NCBI GenBank assembly: GCA_041302025.1
Contig: JBFYRY010000003.1
Location: 1 to 56,382, forward strand
Direction of reading: 5' to 3'
Length of the DNA: 56,382 nt
Source of the DNA: Chloroflexota bacterium
GTDB lineage: Bacteria > Chloroflexota > Anaerolineae > Anaerolineales > Villigracilaceae
Shown piece after piece: positions 47,491 through 56,382 of this stretch (position 1 is the stretch's first letter; each line of letters opens with the position of its first letter). The notes beneath the pieces are model-generated. The model did not search any database, had not been told where the DNA came from, and saw nothing but the letters and a program-made list of their open reading frames with translations. The position numbers and the translations under genes were made by a program.

Positions 47491-48387
47491 TTACAGGATT
47501 TGAATTTCAGCGCCCTGACCGGATACCCCCAAAAGGAAGATCCGTGCCCCAAGCCCCGCCTGCTCGAACGCACGTCTCATGGACTCCCCGATGCCTGTCT
47601 CCGTTTTCGAGAACGCAATCAGGCTGGGACCGGCTCCCGAAAGGGCAACAGCCTCGGCACCCGTCCGACGCGCCGCATCCATCGCAGACTGTGCGCCGGG
47701 GATCAATGGCAGGCGATACGGCTGGTGCAGGGAATCTGTCATTGCCCTGCCGAGCAGTTCCAGGTCTCCCATGCGGAAGGCTTCGGTCACCAAAACCGCA
47801 CGGCTGATGTTATGCACCGCATCCGTCATCGAAATCTTCCTCGGCAATGCCGCGCGCGCCTGCCTGGTGGAGAGATGAAATTCGGGCAGGACAATGGTGA
47901 TACAAACATCCATGCTGATGGGGATTTGATGTGTAACGACCTTATTATCATCCACTGTGGACACGACCAGTCCTCCCATCAACGCCGGCGCCACGTTATC
48001 CGGGTGTCCCTCCATCTCGGATGCAAGATTCAATATCTCTTCCTTCAATAATGGTGTCCCCAGCAAGGCATTCCCCGCCAGCAATCCCGTCAGGATCGCC
48101 GCGGATGATGACCCCATCCCTGAGGATAGGGGGATCGCGTTGAGACACTCCGCATGGAACGGTGGGAGCGATTTCCCGGCATGTTCCGCCAATCTATGCG
48201 CCGCGCGGACGATGAGATTTTGTTTGTCCGAGGCGAGCCGGTTCGCGCCCTCGCCGGTGACGGTCACCGCAAATTCCTTCGCAGACGTGACCGATGTCTC
48301 GTTCCATAAGTCCAATGCCAGACCTAGGGCATCGAACCCTGGTCCGAGATTGGCAGAAGTGGCGGGGACTTTAACGGTGAATTTCAT
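47491..48387 (-). CDS. thrB: Homoserine kinase
   Basis: PATSANLGPGFD, GMGSSSA, EGHPDNVAP, HQPYR, SGAGP. Confidence 0.96.
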   Translation of the reverse strand: MKFTVKVPATSANLGPGFDALGLALDLWNETSVTSAKEFAVTVTGEGANRLASDKQNLIVRAAHRLAEHAGKSLPPFHAECLNAIPLSSGMGSSSAAILTGLLAGNALLGTPLLKEEILNLASEMEGHPDNVAPALMGGLVVSTVDDNKVVTHQIPISMDVCITIVLPEFHLSTRQARAALPRKISMTDAVHNISRAVLVTEAFRMGDLELLGRAMTDSLHQPYRLPLIPGAQSAMDAARRTGAEAVALSGAGPSLIAFSKTETGIGESMRRAFEQAGLGARIFLLGVSGQGAEIQIL

Positions 48388-48397
48388 GGTTTGTTTA

Positions 48398-48518
48398 TGT
48401 CATTGCAAGGAGTGGCGCCGAGGCGCCACGACGAAGCAATCTCCTGAAAACAATCATATATTTGTTTCGATGAGATTGCTTCGCCGCCAAAGTGCAAGAG
48501 CGGCGGCTCGCAACGACA
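48398..48518. repeat. REP/RPE-like cruciform repeat, family A variant
   Basis: TGTCATTGCAAG...CGAAGCAATCTC...GAGATTGCTTCG...CTCGCAACGACA; shares the inner GTGGCGCC hairpin with copy 1. Confidence 0.8.
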
Positions 48519-48521
48519 TTA

Positions 48522-49577
48522 TTATCCCAAGATAATTTCTTCCAACACATCCAACCGCGGCGGGACGATCCGCGGCTTCTGCATATCCTTCGTGATGATA
48601 TCGGGGTCTTTCATGCCGTGACCCGTGCAGATCGCCACCACGCGCTGCCCATCCACTTTCAACTTTCTACTTGCCAATTGAGCCGCCAAACCAGCAAGCC
48701 CCGCCGCTGATGCGGGTTCGACCCAAATCCCTTCAAGTCTTGCCAGCATCTTCTGCATATCCAAAATTTGTTCATCGGTCACAGCGATGATGCATCCTTT
48801 TGATTCTTCCGCGGCTTGCAAGGCTTGTTCCCCGCGCGCAGGCTTCCCGATGCGGATGGCTGTTGCGACGGTTTCAGGGTTGTCCACAGGATGCCCCAAC
48901 ACCAGCGGAGCCGCACCCGCCGCCTGCACTCCCAACACCTGCGACAAGCCTGTTGATTTCAATTCGTTATATTGCTTGAAGCCCGCCCAATACGCCGTGA
49001 TATTACCTGCATTCCCCACCGGCAGACATAACCAATCCGGCGCGGATTCCAACACATCGCAGATTTCAAAGGCGGAGGTCTTCTGTCCCTCGATGCGATA
49101 GGGATTGATCGAATTCACCAAACAGATGGGATGCTTGTTCGTAATGTCCACAACCATCGTCAGCGCATCGTCGAACGAGCCGTCGATCTGGATGACCTGT
49201 GCGCCGTAGGCGATGGCACCCGCCAACTTCCCCGCCGCGACCTTTCCCTGCGGGATCAGCACAATGGACTTCATCCCAGCCCGCGCCGCATATGCCGCCG
49301 CCGAGGCGGCTGTATTCCCCGTCGAAGCACAGATGACCGTTGTCGCGCCGCGTCCCAATGCTTCGCTCACTGCCGCAGTCATGCCGCGGTCTTTGAACGA
49401 GCCCGTCGGGTTGAGCCCTTCATATTTGATGAAGAGATCGAATCCGCCGCCGAGTTGGCGGGATAAACCATCCGCTTTGATCAAAGGCGTATTGCCCTCG
49501 AGCAGGCTCACGGTCCGCGTGTGAGTCGGGAGGTCGAGCAGATGTCCGTATTTGTGAAGGAGTCCCTGATAGGTCAT
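48522..49577 (-). CDS. thrC: Threonine synthase
   Basis: Start ATG 49577. EGLNPTGSFKDRG, ASTGNT, PVGNAGN, EPASA. Confidence 0.95.
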   Translation of the reverse strand: MTYQGLLHKYGHLLDLPTHTRTVSLLEGNTPLIKADGLSRQLGGGFDLFIKYEGLNPTGSFKDRGMTAAVSEALGRGATTVICASTGNTAASAAAYAARAGMKSIVLIPQGKVAAGKLAGAIAYGAQVIQIDGSFDDALTMVVDITNKHPICLVNSINPYRIEGQKTSAFEICDVLESAPDWLCLPVGNAGNITAYWAGFKQYNELKSTGLSQVLGVQAAGAAPLVLGHPVDNPETVATAIRIGKPARGEQALQAAEESKGCIIAVTDEQILDMQKMLARLEGIWVEPASAAGLAGLAAQLASRKLKVDGQRVVAICTGHGMKDPDIITKDMQKPRIVPPRLDVLEEIILG

Positions 49578-49600
49578 GGGCGGGAGTTTAACATAAAAAT

Positions 49601-49628
49601 AAGACTCTCGCAGTCTGGCGAGAGTCTT
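49601..49628 (-). terminator. Terminator hairpin after the mutS2 operon
   Basis: AAGACTCTCGC...GCGAGAGTCTT, followed by ATTTTT on the minus strand. Confidence 0.7.
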
Positions 49629-49634
49629 CATCCT

Positions 49635-49877
49635 TCATCCTTTCAACGGCGGCGCATCCTTGTCGTACACAAAGACCTGAATATCCAGTCCGTCACTATT
49701 CAACATATTGATCGCAGGCTGGAATGTGGCAACCTTGATCCGTTCCATATCACCTGCAGGCGCATACACACTCAAGCGCGCCTCTTCATCAGACATCTTC
49801 ACGGATTTGATCTCCGCGGTCCCGCACGCGCCTTTAATTAGATTGGTCATTTGTTGAATGGCGTCATCCAATAACAT
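49635..49877 (-). CDS. Hypothetical protein (80 aa)
   Basis: GGGAG SD, upstream TATAAT, fills the gap between mutS2 and thrC. Confidence 0.6.
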   Translation of the reverse strand: MLLDDAIQQMTNLIKGACGTAEIKSVKMSDEEARLSVYAPAGDMERIKVATFQPAINMLNSDGLDIQVFVYDKDAPPLKG

Positions 49878-49909
49878 TTGTGCTCCCGTTGTATGGAAAG
49901 ATTATAGTT

Positions 49910-52357
49910 TTATTTTGCCATCTTCGCAACGGTCACGCCCGCGCCGCCTTCATTGTCCTTTGGCTCCTCGAACGACGCGACATACGAACTGGACTTCAAC
50001 GCATTGCGGACAGCCTCTCGCATCCTGCCGGTTCCCTTGCCGTGGACGATGCGCACGAACAGCAGCCCCGCCGAGTAAGCGCGCTCCAAATATTTCTCCA
50101 GTTCCTCAAGACCTTCATCCACCAGTTTACCGCGCAGATTTAATTCGATTCCCGGCGACTTCGCCCCGCTCAACGCTGTACGTGCGCCGCCTTCTGCCTC
50201 CTGCTTTCTTTCCTCTTTCTTCTTTTCTTCGGGATTTGCTATTTCTTGACCTTTTCTCTGCAAATCGACCAGCCTCGCCCTCACGCGCAGACTCCCGATC
50301 TGGACTTCCGCATCGGACTCACCCAAGGCTGTTACCACGCCATCGGCATTCAACGTGTTGACGGCGACTCTCTCTCCCAACTTCAAAGACTGATTACTGA
50401 TAACTGATGACTGCGAAGTCCGCGAAGTGGGTTCACTTTTTCTTTCAACCGGCTGTTCCACCTTCTCTTCCATCTTCTCGATCTTCTCTTCAATCGTTCG
50501 AATCGCTTCCAGCGGTTGCTTCGCTTTCTTCAATTGCGACTTAAGCGAGTCCATGTTCTTTCTCAGGACAGCCACTTCCAATTCGCCCTCAGCGCGGGCT
50601 TTGGCAAGGACTTCGCGGCGTTCATCTTCGATCTTCTCAAGTCGTTTCTCGATTTCCTTTGTCTGCGCTTCGAGCTTGTCGCGTGCCTTCTCCAGTTTCT
50701 GGCGTTCGCGCGAGGTGCGGTTGCGCTCCTTGCGGATGTCATCGAGCAGTTTATCGGCGCGCAGGTCTTCGGGGTTGATCTCCCCTTTGGCGGAATCAAT
50801 GATTGGCTGGGGCAGACCGAGTCGCTGGGCAATAAGCAGTGCGTTGGAGCGTCCGGGGAGTCCAATGGTGAGGTGATAGGTTGGACGCAGGGTCTTGATG
50901 TCAAATTCCAAAGAGGCGTTGACGACTCCATCCGTGGAATGGGCAAACGTTTTCAGTTCCGGGTAATGCGTTGCCACAAGGACCGTGCATCCAGTTTCGA
51001 GCAGGTGAGTGAGGATCGCGCGCGCCAATGCCGCGCCCTCCTGCGGATCGGTCCCCGCGCCCAATTCGTCGAAGATGACCAGCGAGCGGTGGTCGATGTA
51101 TTTCAGGATGCGGATGATGTTCGTGATGTGACCGCTGAACGTGCTGAGAGATTGCTCGATGGATTGCTCGTCGCCGATATCGGCATAGACCGCGTGGAAG
51201 CATGGCAGTTCCGAGCCGCTCTGTGCCGGGATATGCAGTCCGCTTTGTGCCATGAGCGCGAACAGACCGACGGTCTTCAACGAAACCGTCTTACCGCCCG
51301 TGTTCGGACCGGTAATGACAATCGCGCGCGTGCCGGGTTTGGGGTCCACGTCAATGGGAACAACAGTGGCGGAGTCGAGCAGGGGATGGCGGGCGTGAAG
51401 TAATCGAATTAGCGTTTGGCTTTTAGCTTTTAGCTCGTGCTCTTCGTTTTTGGCTACTCGCTGACCGCTAACCGCTGAAAGCTGGTGCAACACCGGTTCA
51501 CTCGCCTTCAACTCCTCCGCATACTTCGCTTTCGCAAAGATGAGGTCAAGCATGGCGAGATTCTCCACGCCGTATTTGAGTTCTTCGTGGTGGTCGCCGA
51601 TCTGCACAGATAACTCATGCAGAATGCGCCGTTCCTCGTCGCGTTCCTGCAATTGCAGTTCGCGCATGGAATTGTTCAATTCAACGATGGGCAACGGCTC
51701 CACGAACAGCGTCGCGCCGCTGGAGGATTGGTCGTGGACGACGGCTTTGATCTGTCCCTTGAACTCCGCCCGCAACGGGATGACATAGCGTCCGTCGCGC
51801 TGGGTGATGATCGGTTCCTGCAATTTGTTGGCAGACTCGGTCAGGTAACGCTGAAGGCGAGACATCAACCGGTCGTGAGCGATCTTGATCTCACGCCGCA
51901 GAGTGCCGAGCTTTACCGAAGCGGAATCCAGCACTTCGCCGCGGTCGGAAAGCACACGCGTGATCGCATCCACGATGCCGTGCGGGTCGGGGAGTCCAGC
52001 CGCGAGTCCGGCGAGACGCGGGTACTCGTCCGTTTTGCGCTCGAGCGATCGCTTGATCTCGCGGCACGAGATCAACGTGGATTTCACATCCAATAGTTGC
52101 ACCGGGTCCAGCACACCGCCGCGCGCCGCCAGGTCCACCGCCGGGCGGATGTCGTGCGCGCCGCCGATGCTGATATCCTGAACGGAAAATAACCTGCGCG
52201 CTTCGCTTGTTTCGGCGAGACGGGCAAGGGCAAGATCATACGAATCGGTCGGCTCGAGGGCAAGCGCCAGTTCCATCGAAGCGGAGAAATCGCAGAAGCC
52301 TTTCAACCGTTCGAGGATCTTCGGGTATTCGAGAACGTGCAGGGTTTTGGTATCCAT
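49910..52357 (-). CDS. mutS2: Endonuclease MutS2
   Basis: HDQSSSGATLFVEP, TGPNTGGKT, DIGDEQSIEQSLSTFS, DELGAGTDP, Smr domain (HGKGTG; GGAGVT). Start ATG 52357. Confidence 0.96.
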   Translation of the reverse strand: MDTKTLHVLEYPKILERLKGFCDFSASMELALALEPTDSYDLALARLAETSEARRLFSVQDISIGGAHDIRPAVDLAARGGVLDPVQLLDVKSTLISCREIKRSLERKTDEYPRLAGLAAGLPDPHGIVDAITRVLSDRGEVLDSASVKLGTLRREIKIAHDRLMSRLQRYLTESANKLQEPIITQRDGRYVIPLRAEFKGQIKAVVHDQSSSGATLFVEPLPIVELNNSMRELQLQERDEERRILHELSVQIGDHHEELKYGVENLAMLDLIFAKAKYAEELKASEPVLHQLSAVSGQRVAKNEEHELKAKSQTLIRLLHARHPLLDSATVVPIDVDPKPGTRAIVITGPNTGGKTVSLKTVGLFALMAQSGLHIPAQSGSELPCFHAVYADIGDEQSIEQSLSTFSGHITNIIRILKYIDHRSLVIFDELGAGTDPQEGAALARAILTHLLETGCTVLVATHYPELKTFAHSTDGVVNASLEFDIKTLRPTYHLTIGLPGRSNALLIAQRLGLPQPIIDSAKGEINPEDLRADKLLDDIRKERNRTSRERQKLEKARDKLEAQTKEIEKRLEKIEDERREVLAKARAEGELEVAVLRKNMDSLKSQLKKAKQPLEAIRTIEEKIEKMEEKVEQPVERKSEPTSRTSQSSVISNQSLKLGERVAVNTLNADGVVTALGESDAEVQIGSLRVRARLVDLQRKGQEIANPEEKKKEERKQEAEGGARTALSGAKSPGIELNLRGKLVDEGLEELEKYLERAYSAGLLFVRIVHGKGTGRMREAVRNALKSSSYVASFEEPKDNEGGAGVTVAKMAK
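51409..51484. repeat. Inverted heptamer array inserted in frame in mutS2
   Basis: ttagcgt ttggctt ttagctt ttagctc -13 nt- ttggcta ctcgctg accgcta accgctg aaagctg. Confidence 0.75.
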
Positions 52358-52487
52358 TGCGGGGAGAATTATAAACCACGGATTTGCAAACATCAAAACT
52401 GCGGACACCCACCAAACCGTGTTATACTCTCGTCGCTCTCAACGGAGAGCAAAATTTTGGGAACTGTTTTGATCACTCTGAACGAAC

Positions 52488-52516
52488 GCCCGATGAACTT
52501 GTGGTCGGGCTTTTTT
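52488..52516 (+). terminator. Terminator-like hairpin in the DEAD-box helicase leader
   Basis: GCCCGA...TCGGGC-TTTTTT about 170 nt upstream of the ATG. Confidence 0.6.
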
Positions 52517-52591
52517 GTTGGGCGAGCCAAACTGTGAAGTGAGGCTTTGTTTGCAAGAAGGAAGTGAAAACGGAGTCATCGGAACATCCCG

Positions 52592-52675
52592 TAGTTACAT
52601 GGTTTTGTAGTTCTTAGTTGCATAGTTGGACACGTTTCAACTACCTAACGAATAAACTAATCAACTACGAAACTA
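52592..52675. repeat. Inverted octamer array (TAGTT/AACTA) in the helicase 5' region
   Basis: tagttaca tggttttg tagttct tagttgca tagttgga | tcaacta cctaacga ataaacta atcaacta cgaaacta. Confidence 0.75.
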
Positions 52676-52688
52676 ATAAAGGATAAAG

Positions 52689-54350
52689 ATGACAACCGAT
52701 TTTACCTCCCTCAACCTGCGTGACGAGATCATGCAGGCGATCACCGAACTCGGCTATGCCGAGCCCACGCCCATCCAAGCCGCCATGATCCCCATCATGC
52801 TCACCGGAGCCGATGTGATCGGTCAGGCGCAGACCGGCACCGGCAAGACCGCCGCGTTCGCCCTCCCCATCCTCCAAAACTTCCAATCGCAACGCCAGCC
52901 CCAGGCATTGGTGCTTGCACCTACGCGCGAACTTGCATTGCAGGTCGCCGATTCGATGATCGAGTACGGCAAGCATCTTCACGTCCGTGTGCTCGCCGTC
53001 TATGGCGGTCAGCCCTACGGTCCGCAGATCGGCAACCTCAAGCGCGGCGTGGATATCGTTGTCGGCACGCCGGGGCGTTTGAACGACCTGCTCGAGCGCA
53101 AAGTCCTCAACCTGAGCGAGATCAAAACCGTCGTGCTCGATGAAGCGGATGAAATGCTCAACATGGGTTTCATCGAAGAAGTGGAAAAGATCCTGGCGGA
53201 GACTCCGACGGAGAGGCAGACGGCTTTATTCAGCGCCACCCTGCCCGCGCGCATCCGTTCCCTCGCAGACCGCTTCATGCGGAACCCGAAGCCTGTCACC
53301 ATCAAACGAAGCACCCTCACCCTGACGACAACCGAACAACGCTATTACCTCGTGCATGAGTCTGAAAAGACCAACGCCCTGACTCGTCTCTTCGAGATCG
53401 AGCCGATCCACAGCGCCCTGATCTTCGCCCGCACCCGCGCCGAAACCGCCGCCCTCGCCAACGAACTGGTCGTGCGCGGCATCCCTGCCGAAGCCATTCA
53501 CGGCGACCTCGACCAGAACGCCCGCGAGCGCGTGCTCGGACGTTTCCGCGCCAACCAACTCAAAGTCCTTGTCGCCACCGATGTTGCCGCGCGCGGACTC
53601 GACATTGACGACATTTCGCATGTCTTCAACTTTCACCTGCCCGACGATGCCGAAGTGTACATCCACCGCATCGGGCGCACCGGGCGCGCTGGTAAGACCG
53701 GCATCGCCATCACATTGCTGTCACCGCGTGAAAAGCGCCGCATGCGCGAAGTGGAAGCATTGACCAAGCAACCCGTCACGAAAATGGAACTGCCCACCGC
53801 AAGCGATATCGTCAAACACCGCGAGTCGCAAGTGGTCGAGAACCTGAAGATCTGGCTCGGGCGTGGACGCTATAAGCGCGAACTCGAAATGGTGCAGGAA
53901 CTCATCGCCGCCGGGCATGAACCGTTGAACATCGCCGCCGCCGCGATCAAGATCGCGCGCGCGGATGAGAAACAACGCCCCATTGCGGAGATCTCGGAAG
54001 TAAAAGTGGAGCCGAAGAGGAAAGTGGAAAGTGGAAAGCGGGACGGCTTCGAGCGGAGAGAACGTACCCATGGCGGAGACAACATGCGGCGTCGCGGAGC
54101 CGCGTCACATGAAGATGGGATGGTGCGCTTGAAGATGAACAAAGGCAAAATGCACGGAGTCCGCCCGAGTGACATCGTCGGCACGATCGCCTTCCATGCC
54201 AACATCCCGGGCTACACCATCGGCAAGATCCGCATCGAGGACAAGGTCACGTTCGTGGATATCCCCGAAGATGCGGTGGAGCAGGTGCTCAAGCAAAATG
54301 GCAATTACAGAATTGGAAAAGAAAAGTTTGCGCTAACAAAGGCGCAGTGA
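52689..54350 (+). CDS. deaD: DEAD-box RNA helicase, DeaD/CsdA type with DbpA-like C-terminal domain
   Basis: Q motif PTPIQ, AQTGTGKT, PTRELA, DEAD, SAT, HRIGRTGRAG; C-terminal GK..GVRP.DIVG..IG.IRI. Confidence 0.93.
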   Translation: MTTDFTSLNLRDEIMQAITELGYAEPTPIQAAMIPIMLTGADVIGQAQTGTGKTAAFALPILQNFQSQRQPQALVLAPTRELALQVADSMIEYGKHLHVRVLAVYGGQPYGPQIGNLKRGVDIVVGTPGRLNDLLERKVLNLSEIKTVVLDEADEMLNMGFIEEVEKILAETPTERQTALFSATLPARIRSLADRFMRNPKPVTIKRSTLTLTTTEQRYYLVHESEKTNALTRLFEIEPIHSALIFARTRAETAALANELVVRGIPAEAIHGDLDQNARERVLGRFRANQLKVLVATDVAARGLDIDDISHVFNFHLPDDAEVYIHRIGRTGRAGKTGIAITLLSPREKRRMREVEALTKQPVTKMELPTASDIVKHRESQVVENLKIWLGRGRYKRELEMVQELIAAGHEPLNIAAAAIKIARADEKQRPIAEISEVKVEPKRKVESGKRDGFERRERTHGGDNMRRRGAASHEDGMVRLKMNKGKMHGVRPSDIVGTIAFHANIPGYTIGKIRIEDKVTFVDIPEDAVEQVLKQNGNYRIGKEKFALTKAQ

Positions 54351-54357
54351 AAATAAA

Positions 54358-54383
54358 ACAGTCCCTGAGATTTCAGGGACTGT
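54358..54383. terminator. Hairpin after deaD
   Basis: ACAGTCCCTGA-gatt-TCAGGGACTGT. Confidence 0.7.
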
Positions 54384-54397
54384 GTGTTTAAACCTTT

Positions 54398-54488
54398 GGA
54401 CACGGATTGCGCGGAGAACGCGGAGAGCTACAGATTTTTTAAATTGGTTTTGCCGTGTGAAGCCGTGAAGTCCGTTTCTTCCGTGTAC
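54398..54488. repeat. Inverted nonamer array (CACGGA/TCCGTG family)
   Basis: ggacacgga ttgcgcgga gaacgcgga ... gccgtgtgaa gccgtgaag tccgtttct tccgtgtac. Confidence 0.7.
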
Positions 54489-54492
54489 AAAA

Positions 54493-55230
54493 TTAAGACA
54501 TGCCTCTTACAGCCAGAGCCGCGCCAACGATACCGGCTTCGTTCAAAAACTGCGCCGGGACGATGGGTGTCTCGATGGTCAACAGGGGAATGTATTTTTC
54601 AGAAATCTTGCTGATGCCGCCACCGATGATAAAGAGGTCGGGCCAGAATAGTTTTTGCATGGCGGCAAGATACTTGTTCAGCCGTTTGGCGTATTTTTTC
54701 CAGGAGAGGTCTTCGAGTTCACGCACCGTGGCAGATGCGCGATGTTCGGCGTCTTTGCCTTTCATCTCGAGATGACCGAACTCGGTGTTCGGGAGCAGGT
54801 TGCCGCGATAAAAGATCGCCGAGCCGATGCCTGTGCCCAGTGTGAGCAGGATGACCGTGCCGGGCTGTCCGCGCCCCGCGCCGAATTTCATCTCTGCCAG
54901 CCCTGCCGCATCGGCGTCGTTGATCATGTGGCAGTCACAGCCGGTGATCTTCGTGAACAGCTCGTCGGCGTTCAAACCGACCCATTTCGGTGAGATGTTC
55001 GCCGCCATCATCGTCACGCCACCCTTGATCGGAGCCGGGAAGCCGATGCCAATGGGACCCTTCCAATTAAAGGATTGCGCGATCTCCGCCACGACCTTTG
55101 CGACCGGTTCCGGTTCCGCACCTTTGGGCGTTTTGATGCGGACGCGTTCCTTCAACAACTGACCGGTCTCCGTATCCACGGGCGCACCCTTGATGCCCGA
55201 GCCGCCCACGTCAATGCCAAGAACTTGCAT
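54493..55230 (-). CDS. ppgK: Polyphosphate glucokinase (ROK family)
   Basis: [49 protein letters not shown]. Confidence 0.9.
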   Translation of the reverse strand: MQVLGIDVGGSGIKGAPVDTETGQLLKERVRIKTPKGAEPEPVAKVVAEIAQSFNWKGPIGIGFPAPIKGGVTMMAANISPKWVGLNADELFTKITGCDCHMINDADAAGLAEMKFGAGRGQPGTVILLTLGTGIGSAIFYRGNLLPNTEFGHLEMKGKDAEHRASATVRELEDLSWKKYAKRLNKYLAAMQKLFWPDLFIIGGGISKISEKYIPLLTIETPIVPAQFLNEAGIVGAALAVRGMS

Positions 55231-55281
55231 GAGACACCTCCTAGATGTATGTTTGTCTTCCGCCCATTTTATACCATTTGG

Positions 55282-56334
55282 TCATTTTGCGATTTTCAAA
55301 CTGAAGGTAAATGTACTGCCCTGACCATCGCCTTTTGACTCTGCCCAGATACGTCCACCGTGCGCTTCGACAAGATGTTTGGCGACCGTCAGACCGATAC
55401 CCGAGCCGCCGCCTGCATTGCGCGAACGGGATTTGTCCACGCGGTAGAAACGGGTGAAGAGATTTGTGATGTGTTCCGGCGGAATACCGATGCCAGTATC
55501 TTTCACCGAAATATAAACTTCATCATTATGCCGTGCGGCGGAGATGGTCACATCGCCGCCTTCGGGCGTGTACTGGATGGCGTTCGCCGCGAGATTGACC
55601 AGCACCTGCGTGATGCGGTCCTCGTCAGCCTGGAGCGGCGGAAGGTCAGCGGGCAGGTCCGGGCGCACGGAGCGGATATCCAATGGATAGGCGTTGGCTT
55701 CGACGCGGCTCAACTCCTGCAAGTCATCCACAAGTCGCGAGAGGCGATCTGCCTCACGATGGATCTGATTGAAGGTCTCGGGCGTGGAGGGGAGCACGCC
55801 ATCGACCAACCCTTCCATGTAGCCCTTGATCGAAGTAAGCGGCGTGCGCAGTTCGTGCGTGACATCGCCGATGAGTTGCCTGCGCATCGACTCGACCTGT
55901 TCGAGTTGCCCAGCCATTTGATTGAAACTCGTTGCCAGTTGCGCGATCTCGTCTTGGCCGTTCACGCGCACGCGCTCGTCGTACCGACCTTCAGCGATGC
56001 TCTGCGATGCGGCGCTCAATGTTCGCACCGGCGCAACAATGCGGCGGCTCGAAAACCAACTGACCAGCAATGCCGCCAGCACCGATGCAGTGACCGCATA
56101 CCCCAGCGACTCGAACATGCTGGCGCGAAAATTCTCGAACAACGTCCTGCCATAACCCTGCCCCTGTCCCTGACCCATGCCCATTCCGTCATTGGTCATC
56201 ATGCCCATGTGACGGTTGAACGCCGCCGGGATGGTCAGTTGAATAGTGATGGCGAGAATGAGAACGCCGATCAAGATCACGAGAAGATTGGCGAGAAATA
56301 ATTTTGCACCGAGTCGTTTACGGATGTAGTTCAT
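55282..56334 (-). CDS. HAMP-domain sensor histidine kinase (BaeS-like) with an apparent in-frame deletion
   Basis: Two TM helices, HAMP ([13 protein letters not shown]), HELRTPL, N-box, DTGIG, GSGIGL. The DHp-CA connector is unusually short. Confidence 0.9.
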   Translation of the reverse strand: MNYIRKRLGAKLFLANLLVILIGVLILAITIQLTIPAAFNRHMGMMTNDGMGMGQGQGQGYGRTLFENFRASMFESLGYAVTASVLAALLVSWFSSRRIVAPVRTLSAASQSIAEGRYDERVRVNGQDEIAQLATSFNQMAGQLEQVESMRRQLIGDVTHELRTPLTSIKGYMEGLVDGVLPSTPETFNQIHREADRLSRLVDDLQELSRVEANAYPLDIRSVRPDLPADLPPLQADEDRITQVLVNLAANAIQYTPEGGDVTISAARHNDEVYISVKDTGIGIPPEHITNLFTRFYRVDKSRSRNAGGGSGIGLTVAKHLVEAHGGRIWAESKGDGQGSTFTFSLKIAK

Positions 56335-56382
56335 GATGGTTCCATCGTCCCGAAGGTTTGACCGACAACATTGTCTTATGAA

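Noticed and set aside
55360-56301. 313-aa plus-strand ORF, and similar long antisense ORFs at 50516-51403, 30445-31209, 45001-45723 and 9333-10055
   Set aside because: Each lies opposite a well-supported gene; expected from codon bias in GC-rich DNA.

Overview
Bacterial chromosomal window. Gene repertoire and style suggest Chloroflexota, probably Anaerolineae (inference). Left to right: (1) a GntR-linked sugar catabolic operon (Tat-lipoprotein ABC importer, xylose-isomerase-like enzyme, atypical transaldolase-family enzyme running off the left edge); (2) yifB/comM; (3) a glucose-type ABC importer; (4) a divergent glycerate kinase / glycerate dehydrogenase pair; (5) an orphan GAF histidine kinase; (6) a ~16 kb surface-glycan cluster (GT2s, three GT-C enzymes, O-antigen ligase-like, two sulfotransferases, CMP-ulosonate synthetase, DUF115) interrupted by a four-helix-bundle gene; (7) a stand-alone GHKL ATPase; (8) a thiol-redox operon plus ECF sigma/zinc anti-sigma whose promoter motif occurs three times; (9) a steroid 5-alpha-reductase / 3-beta-HSD-like pair; (10) a broken corA with an acidic leader ORF; (11) a decayed BrnT/BrnA-like toxin-antitoxin pair; (12) housekeeping genes coaD, recG, thrB, thrC, mutS2, deaD-like, ppgK and a HAMP kinase. 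The main unexplained structure is a recurring architecture of short-period (7-9 nt) degenerate tandem arrays arranged as inverted arms. These occur intergenically, in frame inside proteins, and bracketing the four-helix-bundle gene. Several REP-like palindrome families and many apparently leaderless genes are also present. No rRNA, tRNA, CRISPR array or intact transposase was recognised. All family calls come from motif recognition by eye; no database searches were run.
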